A program made the translations under genes and the position numbers. Of a stretch of DNA of 45,220 bases, positions 17,108-25,239 are shown piece after piece. Source of the DNA: Alphaproteobacteria bacterium (GTDB lineage: Bacteria > Pseudomonadota > Alphaproteobacteria > CAAHEQ01 > UBA3637). The stretch spans positions 1 to 45,220 of the forward strand of contig JAZUQR010000016.1 of NCBI GenBank assembly GCA_045605805.1, given 5' to 3'. Positions within the stretch are counted from its first letter, which is position 1; each line of letters begins with the position of its first letter. The notes beneath the pieces are model-generated. The model was given only the letters and a program-made list of their open reading frames with translations. It made no database searches and was not told the DNA's origin.

Positions 17108-17575
17108 CTAAATTTCCTTGATTCTGATGCCATGCACATGCAGCATCAACTTCCGCTTTATCACATAATCTTTTGTCCTGAAGCCCTTTGTGTCCTCAAC
17201 AACTGTATTTCCGGCTTCCTGGTACACAAAATCAGCTATGTAGGCACATTCCTTTTCAATGGTCTTTCCCTTATGGATTCCACCCCTTACACCTATTGTG
17301 TCAGGCTCCCTTTGTGCCGGAATCAAGATATATTTAACCTGCCTTTGAAGCCCTGAAATCACACCGGCTTTTTCAAGCAAAATCAATTCCTGATACCTTT
17401 TGGCTTCCTTCTTGGAATCAAAGGTTATACCATCAACTTCTATTTTCTTACTTCCGTATTTGTTGGCTGTATTTTTCCAAGCCATCCTTTTTTCTCTCCT
17501 TTCGTGATTCCTAATGGCCTTATATGCTGTTGGATCAGCATAACCTGAACCATTCCTGTATAAATCATTATTCAA
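17108..17575 (-). CDS. DUF1064 family PD-(D/E)XK nuclease (resolvase-like)
   Basis: NKYGSKKIEVDGITFDSKKEAKRY...YIADFVY...VEDTKG. Confidence 0.85.
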   Translation of the reverse strand: MNNDLYRNGSGYADPTAYKAIRNHERREKRMAWKNTANKYGSKKIEVDGITFDSKKEAKRYQELILLEKAGVISGLQRQVKYILIPAQREPDTIGVRGGIHKGKTIEKECAYIADFVYQEAGNTVVEDTKGFRTKDYVIKRKLMLHVHGIRIKEI

Positions 17576-17597
17576 GGATATTCCCCCTTTTTTCTAC

Positions 17598-18059
17598 CTA
17601 GCCACCAATGTTAGGACAAGGGCATTCCCACCTGTAATCCTCAAACTGTATCTCCTTGTCCTTTACTATTTTTCCGGCTACTATTTCGATATGCTGATTA
17701 AATTCCACTCCACGTTCAAAAGCATAAATGTTCATGTCTACACCATACTGTTGGCATGTTTTTTGTAGTTCTTCTGCTGATATAGACCATGCAAATTTGC
17801 ATTCAAGGCAAATAATTTCAGTTTCATCATCATCACCTTCAAAATAGATATATCCGCTTTCTACAAATCCTCTTCTTGTATTCTCGATATAGCAGTGATT
17901 TTTTATATCTAATTCACACCAACTATCATAATCTGTAAATTTAAGTGGTTCTTTATCATTACCTAAAATATCAACAGGCTTTAAGCCTTCCAAAACAAAC
18001 TTCTTTAAATCTTTTATTTTTCCACGCACTTTCAAAGTGCCTTCACACCAATTTGGCAT
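17598..18059 (-). CDS. YubB/DUF1281-like ferredoxin-fold protein
   Basis: Start re-called at MPNWCEGTL; ..FAWS..YAFERG. Confidence 0.6.
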   Translation of the reverse strand: MPNWCEGTLKVRGKIKDLKKFVLEGLKPVDILGNDKEPLKFTDYDSWCELDIKNHCYIENTRRGFVESGYIYFEGDDDETEIICLECKFAWSISAEELQKTCQQYGVDMNIYAFERGVEFNQHIEIVAGKIVKDKEIQFEDYRWECPCPNIGG

Positions 18060-18081
18060 TTCTACTTCCTTTTCCCCTTTC

Positions 18082-18186
18082 TCCCGGCTCCCAGGAAGGA
18101 AGCCGGGCATCTGACCATGGCTTTAAATTTGTGATATATTACTAACCAAATGAACATTGATAGTTTCTTTAAAGGTGTTGCAACCT
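18082..18186 (-). ncRNA. Candidate structured intergenic RNA/DNA element after recT
   Basis: GGT-TGCAAC-ACC hairpin, CTTTAAA..TTTAAAG stem with inner ACTA..TAGT, then a 10-bp GC hairpin CCCGGCTTCC/GGGAGCCGGG without a U-tract. Confidence 0.35.
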
Positions 18187-18188
18187 AT

Positions 18189-19070
18189 TTATTTGCCAAA
18201 CAAGGCCATCTGTGCATCCTGCGGTGCTTCCGGCTCCTGTGTTGGTTCTTCAGCAGGTGCAGTAATGGTTGCCTGTCCGTTTGGAATTTCATGCATTTCA
18301 AGAACATCTGCTTCAGGCTCATTTTCTACATAGGATTTTGTGCCATCCTCATTTATTACAGCCATATCCGCATCCAATGCTGACTGCATTTCAATGGACA
18401 TAATGCCCCACTTGCTGATAATCTGTCTAAGCATGGTTTTGTATGCCATAGCATCAAAATCCTTTTCCCAAAAGGTGTAGCCCTTCTTTGCTCTATATCC
18501 CATGGAATACTTCAGGGCATGGGCTTCCATCTTTGCCTTGCTCCAATACATTGCCTTCTTGAAGCCATTGGTGTACTCGAACATGGCATAATATCCAATG
18601 GTCGGTGCCTGCTCCCTTGCTTCTTCATCTTCAATCAAGCTAACCTCAATTTCTTCTTCCAAAGGATTGAAGCGAATCAATTCACCTTCTTTGATAGCAA
18701 GAACATTCAGTTTCTTATATTGGCCGGACCGGATGGCCAACTGAATATATCCCTTGTAACCAAGTTGAAACTGTGCAACCTTGCCCTTGTTCTTGTCATT
18801 GAAAGGCACCATGTAATACTGTCCAAGCTGCGGTGATGGTGAAAGCTTCAGGGATTCACCAAGTAAAGCTGCCGCCAGGATGGATTGATTTGTACATTCC
18901 TGAAGTGCCGGATTGTTATTTACTGCGGAAACCACCGCTGATATAAACTTGGTGCCATCCTTGCCACCTATCACATTATTAATCTGATTCTTCACTGCAT
19001 CATTTGTTAAATATGCGGTGATGCCCAACCGCTGATTGCTTTTCTGTACCAATGAATTATTTACAGCCAT
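18189..19070 (-). CDS. recT: RecT/Red-beta family single-strand annealing protein
   Basis: LSPSPQLGQYYMVPF, AQFQLGYKGYIQLAIRSG, FDAMAYKTMLR. Confidence 0.92.
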   Translation of the reverse strand: MAVNNSLVQKSNQRLGITAYLTNDAVKNQINNVIGGKDGTKFISAVVSAVNNNPALQECTNQSILAAALLGESLKLSPSPQLGQYYMVPFNDKNKGKVAQFQLGYKGYIQLAIRSGQYKKLNVLAIKEGELIRFNPLEEEIEVSLIEDEEAREQAPTIGYYAMFEYTNGFKKAMYWSKAKMEAHALKYSMGYRAKKGYTFWEKDFDAMAYKTMLRQIISKWGIMSIEMQSALDADMAVINEDGTKSYVENEPEADVLEMHEIPNGQATITAPAEEPTQEPEAPQDAQMALFGK

Positions 19071-19234
19071 TATTTTTCACCCTTCCTTAATCTCTTAAAA
19101 TTTGCACTCATAATCTCTGAAACCTTGTGATTTCCAAACTTCTTTGCCACTTCATTGCGAATAACTGAACGTGCCAACTTTCTGTTGTACACCGGCTGTG
19201 GCTTGTACTTCTTTCCTGCGTTTTCGTTTACCAT
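19070..19234 (-). CDS. 54-aa basic hypothetical protein
   Basis: Not in the track; MVNENAGKKYKPQPVYNRKLARSVIR...; TAATG overlap with recT. Confidence 0.6.
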   Translation of the reverse strand: MVNENAGKKYKPQPVYNRKLARSVIRNEVAKKFGNHKVSEIMSANFKRLRKGEK

Positions 19235-19237
19235 TTC

Positions 19238-19612
19238 TTATTCCTCGCTTTCTTCAAAATCATATTCTGATAGTAATTCCTGCCCATTGCCCCACCAAGA
19301 AGGTATGTCACTGCCTTCTTCTGTTTCTTCATAGGTCCATACTTCTATTTCTTCACCATCAACATCAACAATTGGTGTTGCCCATGTAGAACATCCAAAC
19401 ACATTGCCATCATAGTATTTGCCCTTTGCATATATCAGACCGCTTGTATAGCCCCAATCTTCCTGAAGCCCTGCATATATAACAGAATCAGGATGCTCAT
19501 TAACTATCTGCTGTACCTTCTTCCAATCCATATACTTCTTGTTGCCAATCGGTTTTGTTGCCACCGCTTCAGGCCCTAAAAATCCGCTTAAAAAATCTGT
19601 ATAACCTTTCAT
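19238..19612 (-). CDS. Hypothetical protein
   Basis: ORF with GGATGGTG RBS; AGLQEDWGYT, STWATP. Confidence 0.7.
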   Translation of the reverse strand: MKGYTDFLSGFLGPEAVATKPIGNKKYMDWKKVQQIVNEHPDSVIYAGLQEDWGYTSGLIYAKGKYYDGNVFGCSTWATPIVDVDGEEIEVWTYEETEEGSDIPSWWGNGQELLSEYDFEESEE

Positions 19613-19627
19613 GATTCACCATCCTTC

Positions 19628-20494
19628 CTAAATTGCTTCAAACTCTATTTTTCTGCTGTTGAAGAAGTCCTTCAAAGCTGTTGCATCCTCTACCGATAAC
19701 CGGGCCTTAAATGAAATCCACTGCATTGCAGGTACTTCCACCGGGATTTCAACAACCGGCACCGCCTGACCATTTATATTTGCTTCTACTGTGACAGTTC
19801 CAACCGCTTCCTGCTTCTGTGCTTCAGCTTCAGCAGCCAATCTTGCCTGCTCTGCTTCCCTTTCAGCCTTCAATCTCTCTGCTTCAGCCTTTCTCTTTGC
19901 CATTTCTGCAAGCTTTTGGCCTTCACTAATGGCTGTTGTAAGGTCAAGGGTACGTTTATATACCTCTGTTGCTTCAAAGCCGAATTCAGGCAAATTCGCA
20001 AGGGTAATAAGGTCACTTTTAATCTGTTCCAACCGGGAATCCATTTCACCAATGGCAGCTTTCATGGAAACAGATGCATTCAGCCACTTATCATTCATTA
20101 TCTGTGAAATATGCAGCCATTCCGGGTGATTGGTTGAATTGAAGTAGCCTGTGATTTCGTCAAGCTTCTCCTGCTTCTGCTTTGCCTCATAGCCCTTCAC
20201 CTGTTCATCAATGTTCTTGATGGCTGTGCTTACTATTCCATCAAGTTCCTTAATCTTGGCTTCAAAATCTTCATAGGGCTTCAGGCACTCCTTCTTAATT
20301 TTGATTCTTTCATCAGACAGGGCCTTTACAAACTTATTCAGTGTGGCTCTGTCTTTCTTGGCATCCTGAATCTGTTCTTCACCATAAACAAGATTTACAT
20401 AGGTGGATGCCCTTTCTGTGATTTCCTGCTTCAATTCCTCAAAATTGAATTCGATTACTTCAGGAAATGTTGGTGCTTTTACTTTCAGTTCCAT
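19628..20494 (-). CDS. DUF1351 family protein
   Basis: IEFNFEELK...AKKDRATLNK...KPYEDFE; near yqaJ/recT. Confidence 0.85.
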   Translation of the reverse strand: MELKVKAPTFPEVIEFNFEELKQEITERASTYVNLVYGEEQIQDAKKDRATLNKFVKALSDERIKIKKECLKPYEDFEAKIKELDGIVSTAIKNIDEQVKGYEAKQKQEKLDEITGYFNSTNHPEWLHISQIMNDKWLNASVSMKAAIGEMDSRLEQIKSDLITLANLPEFGFEATEVYKRTLDLTTAISEGQKLAEMAKRKAEAERLKAEREAEQARLAAEAEAQKQEAVGTVTVEANINGQAVPVVEIPVEVPAMQWISFKARLSVEDATALKDFFNSRKIEFEAI

Positions 20495-21314
20495 TTCTTC
20501 TTTCTCCTTTTCTTAAATTGCAGCAATCCTCTTTGTTCCAATTCACCGCTTCCTTCCAATACTCAAAGTGTTCTGTCACATCCTCACAAACTGATACTTC
20601 ATCAAAGCCTGTTACCTTTGACAGATATTCAATTTTCTTGGATAGTGGCAAATGCTCATACCCGGATTGCTTTACTGTATAATCAGAATAATCAAGTGGC
20701 AGCCATTTCTTGATCCAATGGTTTACCCTTAAAAATTCAATGATTATCTTGTTGCATTTGATACTGTTCAACCGTTCATAATCCACAAATTGTGGTATGT
20801 ATGGCGATAACCTAACCGCCACATCAAAGCCTGCTTCATACAGTGTTTCAATGGCCTTGATTCTTCTTTCTGTACTTACTGCCTTTTCACATGGCACCCA
20901 GGTTGTTGTGATTTGGATGTGTGCCAGGTCCTTTTCAAGAATGTGCATATAATCACATACCAAATCAGATTTGGTTACAATCAGATAGCCTATGCCATAC
21001 TGATTTAGAAGCTTGATTGTTTCCCAGGTAACATGCATCTGTTCTTCCAATGGCTGAAAGCAATCTGTCATGCCACCAAGCCGGATAATAGTACCCTGGG
21101 GAAGCCTTGCAATCTTCCGTTCAATCTTCCTAATATCTGCAACAGAAGGTTCCTTTGCATCCCATAGCTTTCTGAAATCTAACAATGATTTTGCATAACA
21201 ATAGCTGCAATCGTGTTGGCATCCACAGCCATAAGTATCAAGCCTTGTGTTGTAGTGGCACTTGCCACCCTCGTTTCCTGCAACCTCTTTGTAGAAACTC
21301 TTAAATTCTTTCAT
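20460..21314 (-). CDS. Radical SAM protein, spore-photoproduct-lyase-like
   Basis: LDTYGCGCQHDCSYCYA (CxxxCxxC), GGMTDCFQP, IVTKS, VRLSP; start re-called at MKEFKSF. Confidence 0.82.
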   Translation of the reverse strand: MKEFKSFYKEVAGNEGGKCHYNTRLDTYGCGCQHDCSYCYAKSLLDFRKLWDAKEPSVADIRKIERKIARLPQGTIIRLGGMTDCFQPLEEQMHVTWETIKLLNQYGIGYLIVTKSDLVCDYMHILEKDLAHIQITTTWVPCEKAVSTERRIKAIETLYEAGFDVAVRLSPYIPQFVDYERLNSIKCNKIIIEFLRVNHWIKKWLPLDYSDYTVKQSGYEHLPLSKKIEYLSKVTGFDEVSVCEDVTEHFEYWKEAVNWNKEDCCNLRKGERRNGTESKSTNIS

Positions 21315-21357
21315 AGATACCCTTTCAAATAGTTTTGTGTTGGTATCTTTTGTACTT

Positions 21358-21504
21358 TTAATAGCTTTCGTATTCGGTAAAATCAACACACTTTAAATCT
21401 TCAGCATCAAGCATAATTTCACCGGCATTCCATCTTCTTTCCGCATCTTCAATGCTTTCTGCTTCAACAACCCTTTCAAGTGTTTCTCTGATATTCACAA
21501 GCAA
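21358..21504 (-). CDS. DpnD/PcfM-like small protein (48 aa)
   Basis: Not in the track; TTG after AAGGCGGTGG; MLVNIRETLERVVEAESIEDAERRWNAGEIMLDAEDLKCVDF. Confidence 0.6.
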   Translation of the reverse strand: MLVNIRETLERVVEAESIEDAERRWNAGEIMLDAEDLKCVDFTEYESY

Positions 21505-21524
21505 TTTTCACCACCGCCTTCTGC

Positions 21525-22373
21525 TTAAATAAAATCTGTAATGTGCATCTGCCCATCTTTATTAAAAACAAGCATTTCTTCCTTTGCTCTTGTGTAGAAA
21601 TTCCGGTCAATCTCAAATCCGTATGCACTCCGGCCAAGTTCGGCTGCTGCTCTCAAAGTCGAACCACTTCCACAGCAAGGATCAATTACCACATCACCTT
21701 CATCTGTAAATATCTCAATCAACTGTTTCAGCACCTTAACCGGCTTTTGTGATGGATGAATTTTTGGAATATCCTTTCCGTCACGTTCCCAGGAAAACCA
21801 ATTAAAAATCATGTGTCCTGTGTTCGGTATGTTCTTTCCGTTTTCATCAATCTGTACACCATTTCTAAACTTTGGCAATCTATCCCGGTATAAAACAAGG
21901 GCATATTCTGTCGCACCGACAACACGCATATTTGCTTTTAGCACCTGTGGGCTGTAATTCTTGACAAATACCAAAGGTATGTAATTTACAAATCCATGTT
22001 TCTTCCCGGCATCAATCAATGTTGGCAACTGTTCAAATGAACAAAATACAATCATACATGGGCTGTCAGAGCTTCTACCCCTGGCCAATGGTTTTTTATC
22101 TTCCTTTTTCAGCATCTTGCTACAAAAATGAAAATACTCATAAAGGTTAAAATTAAAATCGCTGTTAAAAGCCGCCTTGCCTGCAAGCTTGCTTTCTCCG
22201 TTCTTGTTATCACCGCCAACATACCAAGAAGGATTGCTGCCATAAAAATTCTTGCCCACGTTATAAGGCACATCAGCAATAATCAACTGTGCCGGTGGAA
22301 TTGCATACTTTTTATAGTTCTGCATTGAATCTCTGTAAATTTCGCATTTTAGCTTCCGTCTGTTCATATCCAC
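21525..22373 (-). CDS. Orphan N6A/N4C DNA methyltransferase, beta class
   Basis: Motif IV ADVPYN precedes HPSQKP and motif I DPCCGSGST; no cognate restriction endonuclease. Confidence 0.9.
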   Translation of the reverse strand: MDMNRRKLKCEIYRDSMQNYKKYAIPPAQLIIADVPYNVGKNFYGSNPSWYVGGDNKNGESKLAGKAAFNSDFNFNLYEYFHFCSKMLKKEDKKPLARGRSSDSPCMIVFCSFEQLPTLIDAGKKHGFVNYIPLVFVKNYSPQVLKANMRVVGATEYALVLYRDRLPKFRNGVQIDENGKNIPNTGHMIFNWFSWERDGKDIPKIHPSQKPVKVLKQLIEIFTDEGDVVIDPCCGSGSTLRAAAELGRSAYGFEIDRNFYTRAKEEMLVFNKDGQMHITDFI

Positions 22374-22377
22374 TCCC

Positions 22378-23025
22378 TTATATAGCCGGTAATATCAGCC
22401 CCGGCCTTTTCCTTTCCTGTACCTGCTTCCAAAACTCCCTTTCAGAAGATTCCAAATATTCAATGTCTGCCTGTACCTCTGCTCTTTCAATTTTGTAGTG
22501 CTTTGTTTGCAGATAGATTTCACCATTGAATTCTGACTTCAACTGTGCCTTCAGTACCGCAAAATCAAACTCTGTCACCATCAAATAATGCAAAAGCTGT
22601 ATGTAGTAGTTATCCGGTATGCGGTCTTTCCATTTCTCTTTCTGCATGGATTGCAGAATATTGGTGGTTTTACATTCCCACACACCCTTCCGGCCGTCTT
22701 GGTCAAGCAGCCATCCATCCAAGGATGCATGTGCAAATGGGTATTTATCATTCAGCCACATGTTGTTTTCTTCATAGAAAACCTGGTATTCAGGAAAATC
22801 CAATTTGAACAATTCCCTTAAATGTTCTTCAGCCTGTGTGCCATATTTTACATAAGGCTTATCAGAAATATCTTCAGGAACCATTTGCCCGGTTTTTATC
22901 TGCCACAATTCAATGTTGGTCCGGTATGGATTCATCCCCAGGATTGCGGAAGCATCTGAACCGCCTATGCGTTGCCTGTTCTGAAGCCATTCTTCCCTTG
23001 ATGCAAGAATCTTCATTTCTACCAT
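22378..23025 (-). CDS. YqaJ/lambda-exonuclease family recombination nuclease
   Basis: WLQNRQRIGGSDAS, ASLDG, ECKT, YYIQLLHYL; start re-called at MVEMKIL (RBS GGAG). Confidence 0.9.
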   Translation of the reverse strand: MVEMKILASREEWLQNRQRIGGSDASAILGMNPYRTNIELWQIKTGQMVPEDISDKPYVKYGTQAEEHLRELFKLDFPEYQVFYEENNMWLNDKYPFAHASLDGWLLDQDGRKGVWECKTTNILQSMQKEKWKDRIPDNYYIQLLHYLMVTEFDFAVLKAQLKSEFNGEIYLQTKHYKIERAEVQADIEYLESSEREFWKQVQERKRPGLILPAI

Positions 23026-23026
23026 G

Positions 23027-23479
23027 TCATAACTCCTTTGCCCATCTTTGCTTTGCACATATAGGTGCATTTGTGCTTCTCGGTCTACTTGGGCAATTCC
23101 AAGACCGGTTTCCCTGGGTATCAGCTTCATACTTCCACCCGGATGCCTTCAGGCTTGTACCATCTTCAGATTCAAGAATATAGGTAATGATTTTGGAATA
23201 TCCCATTTCCTTTGCTATTCGTGCCATTCTTGAATATAAGAAACTACAAACATTCTTAGTTCCATCAGTGCAGCATCTTACAATTTCAATGGTTTTTCCA
23301 TCATCAAGATTTCTTGAAACCGGTCTGCCTGCCTGAATAACACCATGTATTTTTCCATCTGCACCCATGCAAGCTAATCTGAATTTGTCACGATACACAG
23401 GGCCATGGTGCCTGTGCAGCATTGCAACATATTCATTTGCTTCTTTTAATTCAATGGGTACAGCTTTCATTTCTACCAT
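23027..23479 (-). CDS. XF1762-family Mom-like GNAT-fold protein
   Basis: EANEYVAMLHRHH, GRPVSRNLDDG, RCCTDGTKNVCSFLY, ITYILESEDGTSLKASGW. Confidence 0.8.
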   Translation of the reverse strand: MVEMKAVPIELKEANEYVAMLHRHHGPVYRDKFRLACMGADGKIHGVIQAGRPVSRNLDDGKTIEIVRCCTDGTKNVCSFLYSRMARIAKEMGYSKIITYILESEDGTSLKASGWKYEADTQGNRSWNCPSRPRSTNAPICAKQRWAKEL

Positions 23480-23667
23480 TCCGGCAACACCGCCCTTCTG
23501 TATGAATCAAGGCAACTGTCACAGATAAATTCATCATTGATATAAACTGCTGATTCCTGCTGTATAGGTTCATCACATTCACAACACCTTGGCAACTTCT
23601 TCAGTTCTTCTTCCTGCTCTGCCATGTACCTTTCAGCATCCGCAACCGGATTATCTGTCCACATCAT
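23473..23667 (-). CDS. Zinc-finger hypothetical protein
   Basis: MMWTDNPVADAE...PRCCEC...ICDSC. Confidence 0.7.
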   Translation of the reverse strand: MMWTDNPVADAERYMAEQEEELKKLPRCCECDEPIQQESAVYINDEFICDSCLDSYRRAVLPEW

Positions 23668-23851
23668 CTGAGTACACCCCCCACTGCCCATTTGCATAAG
23701 CGAACAATGCAAGCCATAAAATCGATACCGAACAAACAATGTGTGGAATCCATGAATCTGAATCTAATGCACAAGCTGACACAAGGAACAGCCCACCCAT
23801 TATGTAAGCAACCGATTTTAAAATAATGTTTTTTAAATTCTTACGTTTCAT
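23651..23851 (-). CDS. Small two-TM membrane protein
   Basis: MKRKNLK + two hydrophobic segments; AGGAG RBS. Confidence 0.6.
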   Translation of the reverse strand: MKRKNLKNIILKSVAYIMGGLFLVSACALDSDSWIPHIVCSVSILWLALFAYANGQWGVYSDDVDR

Positions 23852-23985
23852 TTTTCTCCTTCCTTCTGCGTTTCCTCTTTTGGAACAAACCGCAATGTCA
23901 CTTTGCATTCGTACTTATCTGATAAAATCTCTGATAGTAATTTCTCGATCCTTTCTTTAAGGTCCATTGCTTTCATTCCTTTCTA

Positions 23986-24219
23986 CTAAAAATCATCCTC
24001 TGCGGAATCACCAAAAAGCCTTGCTTCCATGTTATCCATGGTGATGCCTTCCGCTTTTAATTGCTTGCCCCTTTTCTCCATGCTTCTAAGCTGATACATA
24101 TACTGCCTTCTTCTGTACTTGATGCCTGCTTCTTTCTTTGCAAGCTGTACTTCCTCTGAATCAAGAAGCCTTGCAATTTCCATTTCCACCTGTTCATCAG
24201 TCAATAGGTCCCTTGCCAT
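23986..24219 (-). CDS. Hypothetical early protein
   Basis: MARDLLTDEQVEMEIARL...RRQYMYQLR; RBS AAGGGG. Confidence 0.7.
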   Translation of the reverse strand: MARDLLTDEQVEMEIARLLDSEEVQLAKKEAGIKYRRRQYMYQLRSMEKRGKQLKAEGITMDNMEARLFGDSAEDDF

Positions 24220-24234
24220 GGTTTTCCCCTTTCC

Positions 24235-24594
24235 AAGTGTCTTGTAGGACACTTTTAGTTAAAAAAAATAGCACTAGTTTGCTCATCATCAAGACCATAA
24301 CGCTTTTTAATAACCGAAATTTCACTCTGCTTAAACTCGGTTTTATTCTCGTTGATCTTGTCATTCACACTCTTAGCACTGATTCCCAGGGCTTTCGCCA
24401 AAGATTCGTTTGTGTCATTGTGAAGCACCATGAAGCTTCTAAGTAAATTTTTGTTCATCTTTTCCTCTCCTTTCTTTTAGTGTCCTGTAGGACACTTTCA
24501 CTATACTACTATAATATTTCATTGTCAATACTATTTTTGTGATTTTTAATGAAAAATATTGCACTATAAGACACAATGGTGTATTATAGGAAAC
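24235..24594. promoter_or_regulatory. Genetic switch: divergent promoters and four operators (consensus GTGTCYTRTAGGACAC)
   Basis: Operators at 24237-24252, 24480-24495, 24559-24574 and 24579-24594; lytic promoter TTGACA-17-TATAGT (24528-24500, -); cI promoter TTGCAC-17-TATTAT (24559-24587, +). Confidence 0.8.
24255..24458 (-). CDS. cro: Cro-like HTH regulator
   Basis: 67 aa, LAKALGISAKSVNDKIN..EFKQSEI; divergent from cI. Confidence 0.8.
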   Translation of the reverse strand: MNKNLLRSFMVLHNDTNESLAKALGISAKSVNDKINENKTEFKQSEISVIKKRYGLDDEQTSAIFFN

Positions 24595-24613
24595 AAGGAA
24601 AGGTGGTGTACAT

Positions 24614-24964
24614 ATGAATAATATTGGAAAAACAATTAAGGATGCACGAATAAAAAAGGGATATACACAAGAAATGCTTGCGGAAATGGTAGGTGTAAAA
24701 AAATCTGCTGTTGCAAAATGGGAGAATGGAAGAGTATCTGAAATAAAAAGATCTAACTTAAATATGCTCTCAAAGGCACTCGGCATCAATCCAAATTCAC
24801 TTTTGGATGATATAGAAGAAGAACCGGTGGGAATGGCAATAGAACATGCAGATATACTGCTTGATACCGAATTGATGGAGTTAATTGCAGAGTATCAAGC
24901 ATTGAAAGTGTCAGACAAGAAACTAGTACGTGATTATGTTCGTTTCTTAAAGGGGAGAAGCTAA
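24614..24964 (+). CDS. cI: CI-like XRE repressor without a peptidase domain
   Basis: IKDARIKKGYTQEMLAEMVGVKKSAVAKWENG; only 116 aa; no S24 autocleavage domain. Confidence 0.88.
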   Translation: MNNIGKTIKDARIKKGYTQEMLAEMVGVKKSAVAKWENGRVSEIKRSNLNMLSKALGINPNSLLDDIEEEPVGMAIEHADILLDTELMELIAEYQALKVSDKKLVRDYVRFLKGRS

Positions 24965-25065
24965 CTTTTCCCCAGGATTCTCTTTATGAAAGTGAGAATA
25001 TAGGTAATTTGGTTGTCACTTAATGTTTCAATCAATTCTAAAAGCTGTGTTTTATTATCTTTCAT
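24961..25065 (-). CDS. 34-aa candidate SOS-inducible antirepressor
   Basis: Not in the track; AAGGAG RBS; MKDNKTQLLELIETLSDNQITYILTFIKRILGKS; convergent with cI; LexA box upstream. Confidence 0.65.
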   Translation of the reverse strand: MKDNKTQLLELIETLSDNQITYILTFIKRILGKS

Positions 25066-25091
25066 ACCGGAAATCTCCTTTCACCAGGGCA

Positions 25092-25117
25092 AGAACAAGC
25101 GTTCTATAGTTATTATA
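25092..25117 (-). promoter_or_regulatory. Gram-positive LexA (SOS) box just downstream of a -10 element
   Basis: AGAAC-AAGC-GTTCT at 25092-25105; TATAAT on the - strand at 25117-25112. Confidence 0.75.
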
Positions 25118-25187
25118 TAAAAATAATATTCAGAACACAATATTTTTTTTGAATGATTTTACTATAATGGGAAATTCAAAGAAATTA

Positions 25188-25194
25188 TGTCGAA
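25188..25194 (+). promoter_or_regulatory. Possible Spo0A box in the integrase leader
   Basis: TGTCGAA between TATAAT (25163-25168) and the integrase start. Confidence 0.4.
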
Positions 25195-25239
25195 AAAACA
25201 TATTTTTTTATAAAAATTTTTAAAGAAAGGCAGATAGAT

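Noticed and set aside
17108-17575. N-terminal NGSGYADPTAY segment on DUF1064 as a novel fusion
   Set aside because: A common short phage motif, and a second RBS/ATG precedes MAWKN; probably a remnant or start-call issue
21525-22373. Restriction-modification system
   Set aside because: No neighbouring restriction endonuclease; the flanking nuclease is a YqaJ recombination exonuclease
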